Assembly: GCA_963746475.1 (NCBI GenBank)
Contig: CAVVBB010000002.1
Location: 390,639 to 454,638 of the forward strand
Reading direction: 5' to 3'
Length of the DNA: 64,000 nt
From: an uncultured delta proteobacterium
GTDB taxonomy: Bacteria; Myxococcota_A; Polyangia; Polyangiales; Houyiibacteriaceae
Translations under genes and position numbers: made by a program
The notes under the pieces: generated by a model
What the model was told of the DNA's origin: nothing
The model's database searches: none
What the model saw: the letters and a program-made list of their open reading frames with translations, nothing else
Shown: piece by piece, positions 46,712 through 55,569 of the stretch
Layout: the number at the start of each line of letters is the position of its first letter
How positions within the stretch are numbered: position 1 is the stretch's first letter

Positions 46712-47152
46712 GTGAGAGTGCGAATCGTTGCGGTCGGGAAGATCAAAGACCGCGGGCTGCGTGCCCTCCTCGACGATTATTACAAGCGCATCGGGCGGCA
46801 CGCCAAGCTCGAGGAAGTCGAGCTCAAGGATGGCGAAGAGCGTGTGCTCGAAGAGCGGCTGAAGCGCCAGATTCCCGACAGGGCTCGCGTGGTCGCGCTC
46901 GAAGTCGAGGGGCGGGCGATGAGCAGCCGGGCGTTTGCCGCCTGGATCGACCGTGCTGGCGTGCAAGCCGTGCAGACCCTCGTCTTCTTGGTTGGAGGCG
47001 CTTACGGCCTGCCCAAGGCGGTCTCGGATGCGGCCGATCTCAAACTGTCCTTATCGGCGATGACCCTGCCTCATCGACTGGCGCGCCTCTTTTTGGCCGA
47101 GCAGACCTATCGCGCGTTTTCGATCCTCGCGGGCGAGCCGTACGACCACTGA
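46712..47152 (+). CDS. rlmH: 23S rRNA (pseudouridine1915-N3)-methyltransferase
   Basis: GTG start (alternative GTG at 46718). RIVAVGKIKD...LVFLVGGAYGL..LSLSAMTLPHRLARLFLAEQTYRAF. Confidence 0.85.
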   Translation: MRVRIVAVGKIKDRGLRALLDDYYKRIGRHAKLEEVELKDGEERVLEERLKRQIPDRARVVALEVEGRAMSSRAFAAWIDRAGVQAVQTLVFLVGGAYGLPKAVSDAADLKLSLSAMTLPHRLARLFLAEQTYRAFSILAGEPYDH

Positions 47153-47170
47153 CTGCCCCGGCAACGCGCG

Positions 47171-47806
47171 ATGCCGCGCGTCGATAACATCAGCGTGCAT
47201 GGACTCGTGGCCGCGTTGCTGGAGCTGCTGGCGCCGACGCCGTGCTTGGGCTGTGACGAGCCGCTTCGCTCCCACGCTGGCGAGCTCTGCCCCGTTTGCA
47301 GTCCGGGCCTGATCCCCTGGCGAGGCGCCAGCGCCGCGTTCGAGTACGGCGGGCCTTTGGCGGAGGCGATTCACCGCTTCAAGTACGAGGGCCGCAGCGA
47401 GCTGGCCCCTCGACTCGCGAGGCTGATGCTCGCCGAGCTAGCGCCGGTTCGGACAGAAGTGGACGTCGTGCTGCCCGTGCCGCTTCACTGGCGACGACGG
47501 CGCGCGCGTGGCTACGACCAGGCAGCGCTGCTCGCGGCCGGGCTGGCAGGGGGGCTCGGACTTCCTCTTCGAACGCGCTGGCTTCGCCGGGTGCGCGATA
47601 CGCCGTCGCAAGTCGGGCTCTGTGAGCTGGAGCGGGAGAAGAATGTCGCTGGGGCGTTTTGCGCCTCTACCCCCCCAGCACCGCTGCGCGTCTTGCTCGT
47701 CGACGACGTTCGGACGACGGGGGCGACGCTACGGTCGGCGAGTCAGGCGCTGAGCGTAGCGGGCTTCTCGTTCATCCGAGCTTTTGCGCTCGCGGCTCGC
47801 CTTTGA
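47171..47806 (+). CDS. comF: ComF family phosphoribosyltransferase-like protein
   Basis: N-terminal CLGC...CPVC zinc ribbon, FKYEGRSELA, and PRTase motif VLLVDDVRTTGATL. Confidence 0.8.
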   Translation: MPRVDNISVHGLVAALLELLAPTPCLGCDEPLRSHAGELCPVCSPGLIPWRGASAAFEYGGPLAEAIHRFKYEGRSELAPRLARLMLAELAPVRTEVDVVLPVPLHWRRRRARGYDQAALLAAGLAGGLGLPLRTRWLRRVRDTPSQVGLCELEREKNVAGAFCASTPPAPLRVLLVDDVRTTGATLRSASQALSVAGFSFIRAFALAARL

Positions 47807-47831
47807 TGCCCGGGATCCTTAGACTGCGGAC

Positions 47832-48599
47832 GTGCTGCGTTGGCTGCTCGTCGTCTGTGTCGGCATCGTGGGTTGCTCGACCCAGCCCGCTCCCGATCCG
47901 CTCCAGTACCTGAGGGTAGGGGTCGATCCGCACGTACAGGGCGAGCGCGCGGTGTCCGCGATGGAGGCGAGCGGCTTCACCGTCGAGGTCAAGCTCGTAG
48001 GCGACCGGTACTACGCGTTCGATGCCTGGCGCGCGGGGGAGTCGGAGGTGCGTGTGATCACTGCACGCGGCACAGCGCTGGCGGTGCAAGCACCGGACCT
48101 GCGAGCCCTGCGACGGCAGAGGGTGGCCTTGCAGCCCCGTGCCCAGCTGGACTTCGACGGCGACGGCGAGCTCGACATCCTGGTTGCGCTCATCGAGGAG
48201 CAGCGCAGATGCCTGGCCTGGGTTCAAGTCGACTCGCAGGGCTTCGTCTCGGAAGTGTTTCTGTCCCAGGCAGACTGGGGCGAGTCGCCGTGCGTGCGAG
48301 ACATCCGAGACGGGGGGCGCATCATCCTACTCGAAGTCGCGGTTCCGGAGTGCGGGGCGCCCGACGCCCGCGTGCAGATGATCGTCGGGAAGGTCGGCTC
48401 GCGCTGGCGCCTGCTGCAGACCCCGGAAGCCGAGGCTTTCTGGTCGGCGGGACGCGATCGTCGCGAGGCCGCGCTGGAGCAGGCTCGCGAGCGCGGAGAC
48501 GTCACCGAGCTAGCGCGTCTGGGCTGTGAGATCGGTTGGATCGACGGGCTCCGAGGCACAGGGCCCGAGGAGGATCGTCCTGGCGAGGGAGAGCACTAG
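47832..48599 (+). CDS. hypothetical lipoprotein
   Basis: GTG start. LLVVCVGIVGC lipobox. One FG-GAP/VCBS-like DFDGDGELDILVA motif. Confidence 0.55.
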   Translation: MLRWLLVVCVGIVGCSTQPAPDPLQYLRVGVDPHVQGERAVSAMEASGFTVEVKLVGDRYYAFDAWRAGESEVRVITARGTALAVQAPDLRALRRQRVALQPRAQLDFDGDGELDILVALIEEQRRCLAWVQVDSQGFVSEVFLSQADWGESPCVRDIRDGGRIILLEVAVPECGAPDARVQMIVGKVGSRWRLLQTPEAEAFWSAGRDRREAALEQARERGDVTELARLGCEIGWIDGLRGTGPEEDRPGEGEH

Positions 48600-49348
48600 A
48601 GGTCGGGGGCGTCGACCGAAGTCTGCGCTCGCGGCGCGAGGTCGTGATCGCGCGTCAGGCACAGGAGCGCGTGATACGGATTGCGACCGACCCAGACCGC
48701 CTCTGCATCCACGTGAAAGCCCGTCTTCGGGGCCAGTCTTTGAAACCTGCGGAGCTCCTCTGGATGAGGGTATTCACCCATGCGTCGTCTGAGGGCCTGG
48801 ATCTCCCGAGGCTCCAGACCGACCCAGTTCTCGTCGATGAAGCGCCAGTAGCCACTGAGGCAAGCTTGGCGCGACTCATTCGGTTGCCGAAAGACATCGT
48901 GTACGAGCAGTGTGCCCCGGGGGCTCAAGCGCGTTGCGGCCAGGTGCAGGAAGGCCTCTTTCTCCTCGGCGTTCAGGCGGTTCAAGGCGTAGCCCGCCAC
49001 GATGACGTCGAAGTGAGCCGAGGCTCCCCAGAGGAAGTCGAGGGTCTCGGCGACGACGAAATGGATGCGAGCACGAACGCCGTGGGCTTTGGACCGCGCA
49101 CACTCCAGCGCTGCCTCTTCGTGGGCTACGGCCACATAGTCGCGCGTTGCCGAACGAACGCTCAGGGCTTCGAGCAGAGTGGGGTTCCCGCAGCCGAGAT
49201 CCAGGACCCTGGCGGTTTCAGGGCGGCATTCGAGTCGTTCGCATATTTCATGCGCGAGCGACTCCCACTCCAGGTAATCGTGTCTCGCGATCTTGTCGCA
49301 AAGAAGATTGCCCGAGGCACGCAGAGGTTTTTCGGAGAAAGCGGCCAC
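48596..49348 (-). CDS. class I SAM-dependent methyltransferase
   Basis: GTG at 49348 lies 2 nt after the P450 stop. Motif I: RVLDLGCGNPTLL. Confidence 0.7.
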   Translation of the reverse strand: MAAFSEKPLRASGNLLCDKIARHDYLEWESLAHEICERLECRPETARVLDLGCGNPTLLEALSVRSATRDYVAVAHEEAALECARSKAHGVRARIHFVVAETLDFLWGASAHFDVIVAGYALNRLNAEEKEAFLHLAATRLSPRGTLLVHDVFRQPNESRQACLSGYWRFIDENWVGLEPREIQALRRRMGEYPHPEELRRFQRLAPKTGFHVDAEAVWVGRNPYHALLCLTRDHDLAPRAQTSVDAPDL

Positions 49349-49350
49349 GG

Positions 49351-50724
49351 CTACGGAAACGGCTTGAGCCGGCGCTGCCCATTGAAGCGGAGCTCGAACG
49401 CAGTGGGCAGGCTGGTCGAGGGATCGTAGACGGTCGGATACTCTTTGTCCGCGCGCGCCAAGGACAGCTCGTAGTGGCGAATCAGCGTGGCGAGAGTCAA
49501 CGGCAGCATCAGCTCGGCCATGGCCGCCCCGAGGCAAACGTGAGGGCCGCGGCCGTAAGGCGAATAGGCGTACTTGCGCCGGTGCTCATTGCGGGGCTCA
49601 CGGTAGCGTTCGATGTCGAAACGGTAAGGTTCCGGGAAGTACTCTGGGTCCACGTGAGTAGCCGTGGTGAGCACGACGATCTCCGTGCCTTTCTTGATCT
49701 GGTATCCTTCGAACTCGAAGTCGGCCGCGGCATGGCGCGCCATCCCAAAGGCGGCCGGGTAAAGACGTAGGGTCTCGTAACAGAGGCCCATGAGGTCGGG
49801 AAGCGCCTTGAGCCGCGAGGGGGGCGGCAGCTCTCCTCCGTTTTCCTCACAGGCCGCATCAAGCTCGCGCCGGACGCGCATGAGCAGCTCGCGATCGCGC
49901 AGCAGCTCGCGCAGGGCGAAGGCGAGGGTCACGCCGATGGTGTCTACACCGCCAACGTAGCCGAGCATGAAGTGTGCCTGGAGGTCCCCCTCGGTGAAGA
50001 GCTCGGGGTGCTCTTTTTGGGCCTCGAAGCCGGATCGAAAAAAACCCTCGACCTCTCCGCGTCTGACCTTGGCCTCCACCTGGCCGACAAAGCGCTGTGC
50101 GCGTCTCTTCAGTCGTAAGAACTGCGGCAGAAGCAGTGCGAAACCCGGCCACTTTCCGAGGACCTTGCTGTTGGTGAGCCATCGGAAGTACTCGACCAGA
50201 GCCTTCACATCGCTCCACTGCTCGAGCGAGTTCTCTCCGGTCAGCAAGAGGTTGGCTTCGAGCGAGGCGATCTGACGGGTGAACTCGACACAGGAGAAGG
50301 TGTCTCCCGGCTGGCGTTTGGCCAAGAGCGCCTGGATCAACTCGACGATCCGTTCAGCTCTCTCTTCCACCACGCGTGCGTTGAGGTCGTCTCGGTAGAG
50401 CCTTCGAAGCAACATGTGGTCCGGTCCGTCCATGGCGACGATCGCGTGGGGCGCCCGGATCTTGCGTGCGAGCCGTCTCCAGAAAGTGCCGGACTCGAGC
50501 AAGTCCCGCCCTTCCGCCCCCATCCAGCGGTTGGCTTCCAAGCCGGCCAGCACGGTGAGCCGGCGTCCCGGAACGCGGACCTCATAGACGGTTCCGTACC
50601 GGAAGTGCGCGTCCCGGAAGAACTGCATCGGGTCGCGCAGCAGCGACAGGGCGTTGCCCAGAATCGGCAAACCCTTGGCTTTCGGCGGTCTTTCTCCAGG
50701 GGAGAGTGTCAGCGAGGAAGGCAT
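49351..50724 (-). CDS. cytochrome P450
   Basis: Start is uncertain: ATG at 50724 or 50772. PPKAKGLPILGN, EXXR in ETLRLYP, and heme loop YGRGPHVCLGAAMA. Confidence 0.85.
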   Translation of the reverse strand: MPSSLTLSPGERPPKAKGLPILGNALSLLRDPMQFFRDAHFRYGTVYEVRVPGRRLTVLAGLEANRWMGAEGRDLLESGTFWRRLARKIRAPHAIVAMDGPDHMLLRRLYRDDLNARVVEERAERIVELIQALLAKRQPGDTFSCVEFTRQIASLEANLLLTGENSLEQWSDVKALVEYFRWLTNSKVLGKWPGFALLLPQFLRLKRRAQRFVGQVEAKVRRGEVEGFFRSGFEAQKEHPELFTEGDLQAHFMLGYVGGVDTIGVTLAFALRELLRDRELLMRVRRELDAACEENGGELPPPSRLKALPDLMGLCYETLRLYPAAFGMARHAAADFEFEGYQIKKGTEIVVLTTATHVDPEYFPEPYRFDIERYREPRNEHRRKYAYSPYGRGPHVCLGAAMAELMLPLTLATLIRHYELSLARADKEYPTVYDPSTSLPTAFELRFNGQRRLKPFP

Positions 50725-50761
50725 AGCTTGCTCGGATCCGTTCACGGCAAGGGGACTTTGC

Positions 50762-50775
50762 GGAATGGCCATTCC
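50762..50775. promoter_or_regulatory. perfect 14-bp palindrome GGAATGGCCATTCC upstream of, or at, the P450 start
   Basis: Read directly. It lies in the divergent P450/smpB region, 38-51 nt upstream of ATG 50724. Confidence 0.35.
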
Positions 50776-50912
50776 GAAGTCAAGGTCAGTAGTTCTGAAA
50801 TGCGACGTATTGATTCTGATTCGCCATCGCGGTCGCCGGCTCGCGCGGGTTCCGCAACGCGGTCCGCGAGGTTTCGGTGTCACCGCGCCCGGCGTGCTAC
50901 AGCCGGCGGGGT

Positions 50913-51401
50913 ATGGCGAAGAAGCGCGTCGACAAGGGTGTGCAGGGCATGGAGTCCCTGGTGTGCCGCAATCCGATGGCGGCCAAGCGCTACGAGATCG
51001 AAGAGCGTATGGAGGCCGGCATCGTGCTCTACGGAACCGAGGTCAAGAGCCTTCGGGCGCGCCGCGCGAACCTCGAGACGGCGCACTGCCGCGTCGAGAA
51101 CGGTGAGCTCTACATTTACAATTTTCACATCGCCCCTTACGAGCAGGCGGGCCATTCGGGCCACGATGTGAGACGACGGCGAAAGCTACTCATGCACCGA
51201 CGCGAGATCGAAAAGCTCCAGGGACGGCTCACGACCAAGGGCTACACGCTCATTCCGCTACAGGTCTACTTCAAGAATGGCGTCGCGAAGGTGCAGCTCG
51301 GCCTCGGACGAGGCAAGAAGAAGGGCGACGAGCGAGAAGAGATTCGCCGCCAGGAAGACCTCAAGGAAGCCCGCGCAGCCGTTCAGCGCTACAAGAGATA
51401 G
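50913..51401 (+). CDS. smpB: SsrA-binding protein
   Basis: ATG at 50913 (MAKKRV). EAGIVLYGTEVKSLR, YIYNFHIAPYE, RRRKLLMHRREIEKL. Confidence 0.9.
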   Translation: MAKKRVDKGVQGMESLVCRNPMAAKRYEIEERMEAGIVLYGTEVKSLRARRANLETAHCRVENGELYIYNFHIAPYEQAGHSGHDVRRRRKLLMHRREIEKLQGRLTTKGYTLIPLQVYFKNGVAKVQLGLGRGKKKGDEREEIRRQEDLKEARAAVQRYKR

Positions 51402-51404
51402 CCG

Positions 51405-51668
51405 ATGAAGATGCGACTGGAGTCAGGGGAAGACTGCGAGGGCTTGGCCTTCGACGGAAAGCTTTTCCGCTTCGCCGGACCACGGGCCTTTGCCCCCGGC
51501 GCGCCGCTCCGTCTGCGCGTCAAGCTTGCGGACGGCTCGCGCACTCTCGAGGGGCGCAGCCTTGGTTCGAAGCTACGTGAGGACCAGCGCTACGAGGTGC
51601 GCATGCGCTTCGTCAACCTCCGGCGCGAGGTCCGAGAGGCTCTCGTGCTCGGGCTGGGCGAGGCTTGA
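51405..51668 (+). CDS. hypothetical small protein (87 aa)
   Basis: Starts 3 nt after the smpB stop. No family recognised. Confidence 0.4.
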   Translation: MKMRLESGEDCEGLAFDGKLFRFAGPRAFAPGAPLRLRVKLADGSRTLEGRSLGSKLREDQRYEVRMRFVNLRREVREALVLGLGEA

Positions 51669-51701
51669 GCCGCTCGCCCACCCGAGTTCCGCAGTGCGGG
51701 C

Positions 51702-52589
51702 TCAGAAGAAGAAGGACGTGTGTCGCTGGCCACAGTCCTCGATGACCCCTTGGATCTGCTCCCGGCCGTCTTTGGAGAGAAGGTCGTTGCCGTCCGGTGT
51801 GCGGGCGACCTGTGTTGCGTTCCACGGCCCGATCTCGCAAAAGCCGTTTTCCACATAGCAGTCGGGGTGCTGGCCGAACGCCACCGCCCGAATCGTGTCA
51901 CATGAGGTCGCCACGCTGATCTCCGACTGCAGGTTCTGCTGCAGGCACACCAGCGTCCCGTCGATGAACGGCCGCCCCCATGACGTCATCCGGGGGCGAG
52001 TCCAGTTGTAGAAGCGCTTTGCGTACTTTCCGCCGTATCCGAGCAGGTAGCCCTCGGTTCCGCAGCCCTCGCCCTGGTTGACCCACTGGTCGGCGCATTC
52101 GTAGAAGGCTGCCTCGTTCCCGGGGATGCTATTCGGCTCTGTCGTAGGGCAGAGTAAGAGCGGATCGACGAACCAGAAGTCCCGCCGTACCGAGGCCCCG
52201 CAGTCGAGCGACAGTGTGACCGAGACCTGGATGTCGCCATCGGTGGCGCTCGTGTCTTGGACCCGAGTGCCGCTCAGATACTGGGTCTGTCCCGCGGGGA
52301 CATTGGCAGTCTCGGGCGCCGCGCCTTCGATCTCAACCGTGATGCTTGCTGGGCCAGCGTTCGCTTCGTCCCAGTCGATTTGCACTCGGCCACGGTCCTC
52401 GCTCGAGTCGAAGCGATAGTTTGCCGAGATGTCGTTGGGGCTGGGGCAGAAGGCTTTGACTGTGGTCGCGGTCTGCAAGAGCCCAGCGCGGCTCGGTGCT
52501 ACCGAGTCCGTGCGGCCCGTTTCCGCCGTACAGGCGGATGTCGTAAGTCCGAGGATCATAAGTGACAAGGAAGCAGATCTATTCTTCAT
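51702..52589 (-). CDS. hypothetical Cys-rich secreted protein / possible lipoprotein
   Basis: Start chosen at ATG 52589: MKNRSASLSLMILGLTTSAC. Cysteines are scattered through the mature part (about a dozen by eye). C-terminus is ..HTSFFF. Confidence 0.55.
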   Translation of the reverse strand: MKNRSASLSLMILGLTTSACTAETGRTDSVAPSRAGLLQTATTVKAFCPSPNDISANYRFDSSEDRGRVQIDWDEANAGPASITVEIEGAAPETANVPAGQTQYLSGTRVQDTSATDGDIQVSVTLSLDCGASVRRDFWFVDPLLLCPTTEPNSIPGNEAAFYECADQWVNQGEGCGTEGYLLGYGGKYAKRFYNWTRPRMTSWGRPFIDGTLVCLQQNLQSEISVATSCDTIRAVAFGQHPDCYVENGFCEIGPWNATQVARTPDGNDLLSKDGREQIQGVIEDCGQRHTSFFF

Positions 52590-52677
52590 GGCGCCGCACC
52601 TAGGGTTGGCGCTGTGGCGGCGCAAGGCTGTATCTCGGTTCGCAGCCCAACTTCGGATGCTTGACCTGAGCGGCGGT

Positions 52678-54012
52678 CTACGATCGCTTGTCAATTTCGC
52701 TGAGAACGGCCTTTTTTACGGCTTCGAACTCGTTCGGCAGGCTGATCGGCTGGTTGCGGTGCTTGCTGGTCACGCCGGGAATTTCGTTTTCGTGGTAGCG
52801 AATCTTGAACTGGGTGAACTTGAGGCCGTTGGCGGTGGAGATCACGACGGCCCGCTCTCCCTTCTTGATGTCGCCACGCGCGACGAGTTTCTCTAGCGCC
52901 GCGAGGGCGACGCCCGTGTGCGGGCAGGTGTAAGAGCCCGCCCGGTCCGCGGCCGCGGAGGCTTCTGCAAGCTCTGACTCTGTGGCCTGCTCGACCACGC
53001 CGTCGAAGGCTTGAAGAGAGCGGATGGCGCGCCTCACGCTGACGGGATTACCGATGCGGATCGCGCTCGCTTCGGTATCTTCGGCGGTGATCGGCTCGAA
53101 TTTGTCCCAGCCCTGCTTGTACGCCAGGTAGAGTGGGTTGGCTTTGGCGGCCTGCGCCAGGCAGAGGCGGGGGCGTTTGTTGATGACGCCGAGCTGGAAC
53201 ATGAGGTCGAAGCCGGCGCCGAGGGCGGCGACGTTCCCGAGGTTACCCCCTGGAATCACGACCCAGTCGGGCACTTGCCAGTCGAACTGCTGCGTAATCT
53301 CGATGGCGACCGTTTTCTGGCCTTCGAGTCGCAGACTGTTCATCGAGTTGGCGAGATAGATGCCCTCTTCTTTGGCTAGCTTCTGCACGATGGCCATACA
53401 GCCGTCGAAGTCCGTGTCGAGCGCGCAGACTAGGGCTCCGTTCGCCAGGGGCTGCACGAGCTGGGCGGTCGTCACCTTGCCCTTCGGAAGGAGCACGATG
53501 GACGGGATTGCCGCGCTGGCGCAGTAGGCCGCCAGCGCCGCGCTGGTGTCACCGGTCGACGCGCAGGCGATGGCACGAATGGGCTTGCCATCGTCGATCA
53601 TCTGCTTGACCGTGCTGACGAGGACCGTCATTCCGAGATCTTTGAATGAGCCCGTGTGGCTGTTGCCGCAGTTTTTGATCCACAGATCCTCGAGCCCGAG
53701 GGACCTCCCGTAGCGTTCGGCCCAGAACAGGTTGGTGCCGCCCTCGGCCGTGGACACGACATTTTCCTCGCGAAGATGGGGTTGGACCCATTCCTTCTTT
53801 CCCCAGACGCCGCTTCCGTAGGGCCAATCTCGGGTCATCCAGCGGCCGTCGAACAGCTTGATCCAGGACGAACCGCTTCGGTTCTTGAGCGCCTCGACGT
53901 CGTGGCGCACCTCGAGGAGCTCCCCGCAGTGGGGGCATTCGTAGATGACTTGGTCGAGGGGATAGCTCCCGGAGCAGCCGGCGACGCAACGAAAGGAAGC
54001 ACTGTAGCTCAT
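52678..54012 (-). CDS. thrC: threonine synthase
   Basis: Start at ATG 54012 (MSYSASFRC). N-terminal Cys-containing segment CVAGC..CPHC, PLP-lysine motif HTGSFKDLG, 444 aa. The 933-aa ORF in the track is an upstream read-through. Confidence 0.9.
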   Translation of the reverse strand: MSYSASFRCVAGCSGSYPLDQVIYECPHCGELLEVRHDVEALKNRSGSSWIKLFDGRWMTRDWPYGSGVWGKKEWVQPHLREENVVSTAEGGTNLFWAERYGRSLGLEDLWIKNCGNSHTGSFKDLGMTVLVSTVKQMIDDGKPIRAIACASTGDTSAALAAYCASAAIPSIVLLPKGKVTTAQLVQPLANGALVCALDTDFDGCMAIVQKLAKEEGIYLANSMNSLRLEGQKTVAIEITQQFDWQVPDWVVIPGGNLGNVAALGAGFDLMFQLGVINKRPRLCLAQAAKANPLYLAYKQGWDKFEPITAEDTEASAIRIGNPVSVRRAIRSLQAFDGVVEQATESELAEASAAADRAGSYTCPHTGVALAALEKLVARGDIKKGERAVVISTANGLKFTQFKIRYHENEIPGVTSKHRNQPISLPNEFEAVKKAVLSEIDKRS

Positions 54013-54080
54013 CAGACCGCGATTATAGGCGCTTCGCCCGGGTTCGCACACTGTCTTGAGCCGGGGCCCGTCTGAGCGGC

Positions 54081-55479
54081 TCAGAGGGGATTCTTGACCG
54101 GAGTGGGTACGACCGAAAGCCGGGCCTGGCTCGCGCGCTGAGCCTGCGCCTGCAGATGCGCGACGATGCTTGGGTGGCGGGAGACGGAGATCGTCGAAGC
54201 GGTCGACGGGCATGCGCAGGACCAGGACGTCGGTCATGGCTCGCACGGTCACGGCTGAGCCTTCCTTCCGGAGGAGGGCTTCCTGGCCAAGGGCGCTCCC
54301 AAGCTTCACCCGCCCGAGAGGGGTCCCGTCCGCATGTCCTGCGGCCAGCTCGCCGAGAAGCGGAATGTAGAGACCGTCGCTGCGCTTACCGGCTTCGAGG
54401 ATCGTGGTCCCCGGCTCGGCGCGGCGCACCTCGAATAGGTTGGCCACCTCGGTCCGTATCCGATCGTCGAAGGCCGAGAAAACAGGGGAGCTGCGAACCA
54501 GGTTGGCGACGAGCCGGCGCCCGAGGATCTCGAGCAGCAACTCTTCCAGGCGAGGGTGCTCGTCGACGAGCCTGTCGAGCAGCAACTTGCTGATGCGTAG
54601 GGCACGAACGTTGCCCATCGCGGTGGCGCTCGCCTCGTAGTTCACCCGATCGAGCAGGCAGGAGATGCCCAGGAGGTCTCCCTCCGTGAGCGTGATGGGC
54701 TCGGTCTGGCTTGGGCGCTTGAGCTGCACGCGGCCTTCGATCAGCGCGTACAGAGCGTCCGCCGTCGTGCCCGCTTCGAGTAGCAGTTCGCCGTCTTCCA
54801 GGTCGACGAGCCGGGACTCCCGAACGATTCGCTCGAGAATCTCAGGCGAGACCTCCGCGAACAGGGGGGTGGCTGGCAGCTGGGCCACTTCCATCGCGCT
54901 CGGACGCATGCTCGCCGTCGGATCCTCGGCCAACTGTTGCCCGCGGACTTCGACCTCCGAAAGCTCCAGATCCATCGATGATCGGCCGCTGTGTGGCGGG
55001 CGGGTGAAGCGGAGCTGATCACTGTGGACCGGCTTGACGACGACCAATGGAACCGCCTCTTCCAGCACTCGTTTCGGCGTCGTTGGCGCGTCGTCGTCCG
55101 CTGCAATCGCCCGTTCGGGCGGCGGCGACGAGGCCCTGTGGCGGGTGGAACGGTACAGTGCTCGAGCCGTCTCCCCATCGAGCCGATCGAAGATCTGAGA
55201 GCGCTCGGGGTCGATGCTCAGGATGACTTTGGCCATTGCGGCGGCCCGAGCGATGAAGCCTAGCTTGGCGTACAGCACGACGGCGGCCTCGTAGGCGCGG
55301 AGCGCCTCGTCGACACGGTCGAGTCTTTTGAGTAGATCCCCCTTGCGGTGAGGCCATCGCGCCTCGCGTGGCTCGAGCCGCTCGAGTTCCTCGTAGAGCC
55401 GGAGGGCCTGGCGAAAACGGCTCGTCTGCAAGGCCTTATTGAGCTTCGCTTTGAGCTTTCGGCTGTCGTTCGTGCCCAC
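54081..55479 (-). CDS. TPR-like + tandem cyclic-nucleotide-binding domain protein, with an apparent 1-nt insertion near 54186-54189
   Basis: N-terminal TPR-like helices are followed by two cNMP-binding domains ([13 protein letters not shown]..., [12 protein letters not shown]...). After ..MPVDRFDDL, the frame with G/C-rich third positions shifts and reads [34 protein letters not shown] (TGA at 54081-54083). The total length is 3n+1. Confidence 0.75.
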
Positions 55480-55569
55480 GGTCCCTGAACCCTACTAAAA
55501 ATTGAAGCCCCCACGCTGAAAGTGGGCGCTCACTGGAACACTGCTATCCTTGCACCCGGCGCCCGCAGC

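Noticed and set aside
50776-51700. A search for a tmRNA (ssrA) gene next to smpB
   Set aside because: I found no tRNA-Ala-like acceptor/T-arm ends and no tag-reading-frame-like segment around smpB. The flanks are occupied by coding sequence.
52678-55479. A single 933-aa ORF suggesting a natural TPR-cNMP-binding/threonine synthase fusion protein
   Set aside because: The linker stretch has poor third-position G/C. The adjacent frame has high third-position G/C, a plausible protein ending and its own stop at 54081. thrC also has a normal ATG at 54012. A 1-nt insertion explains the fusion.
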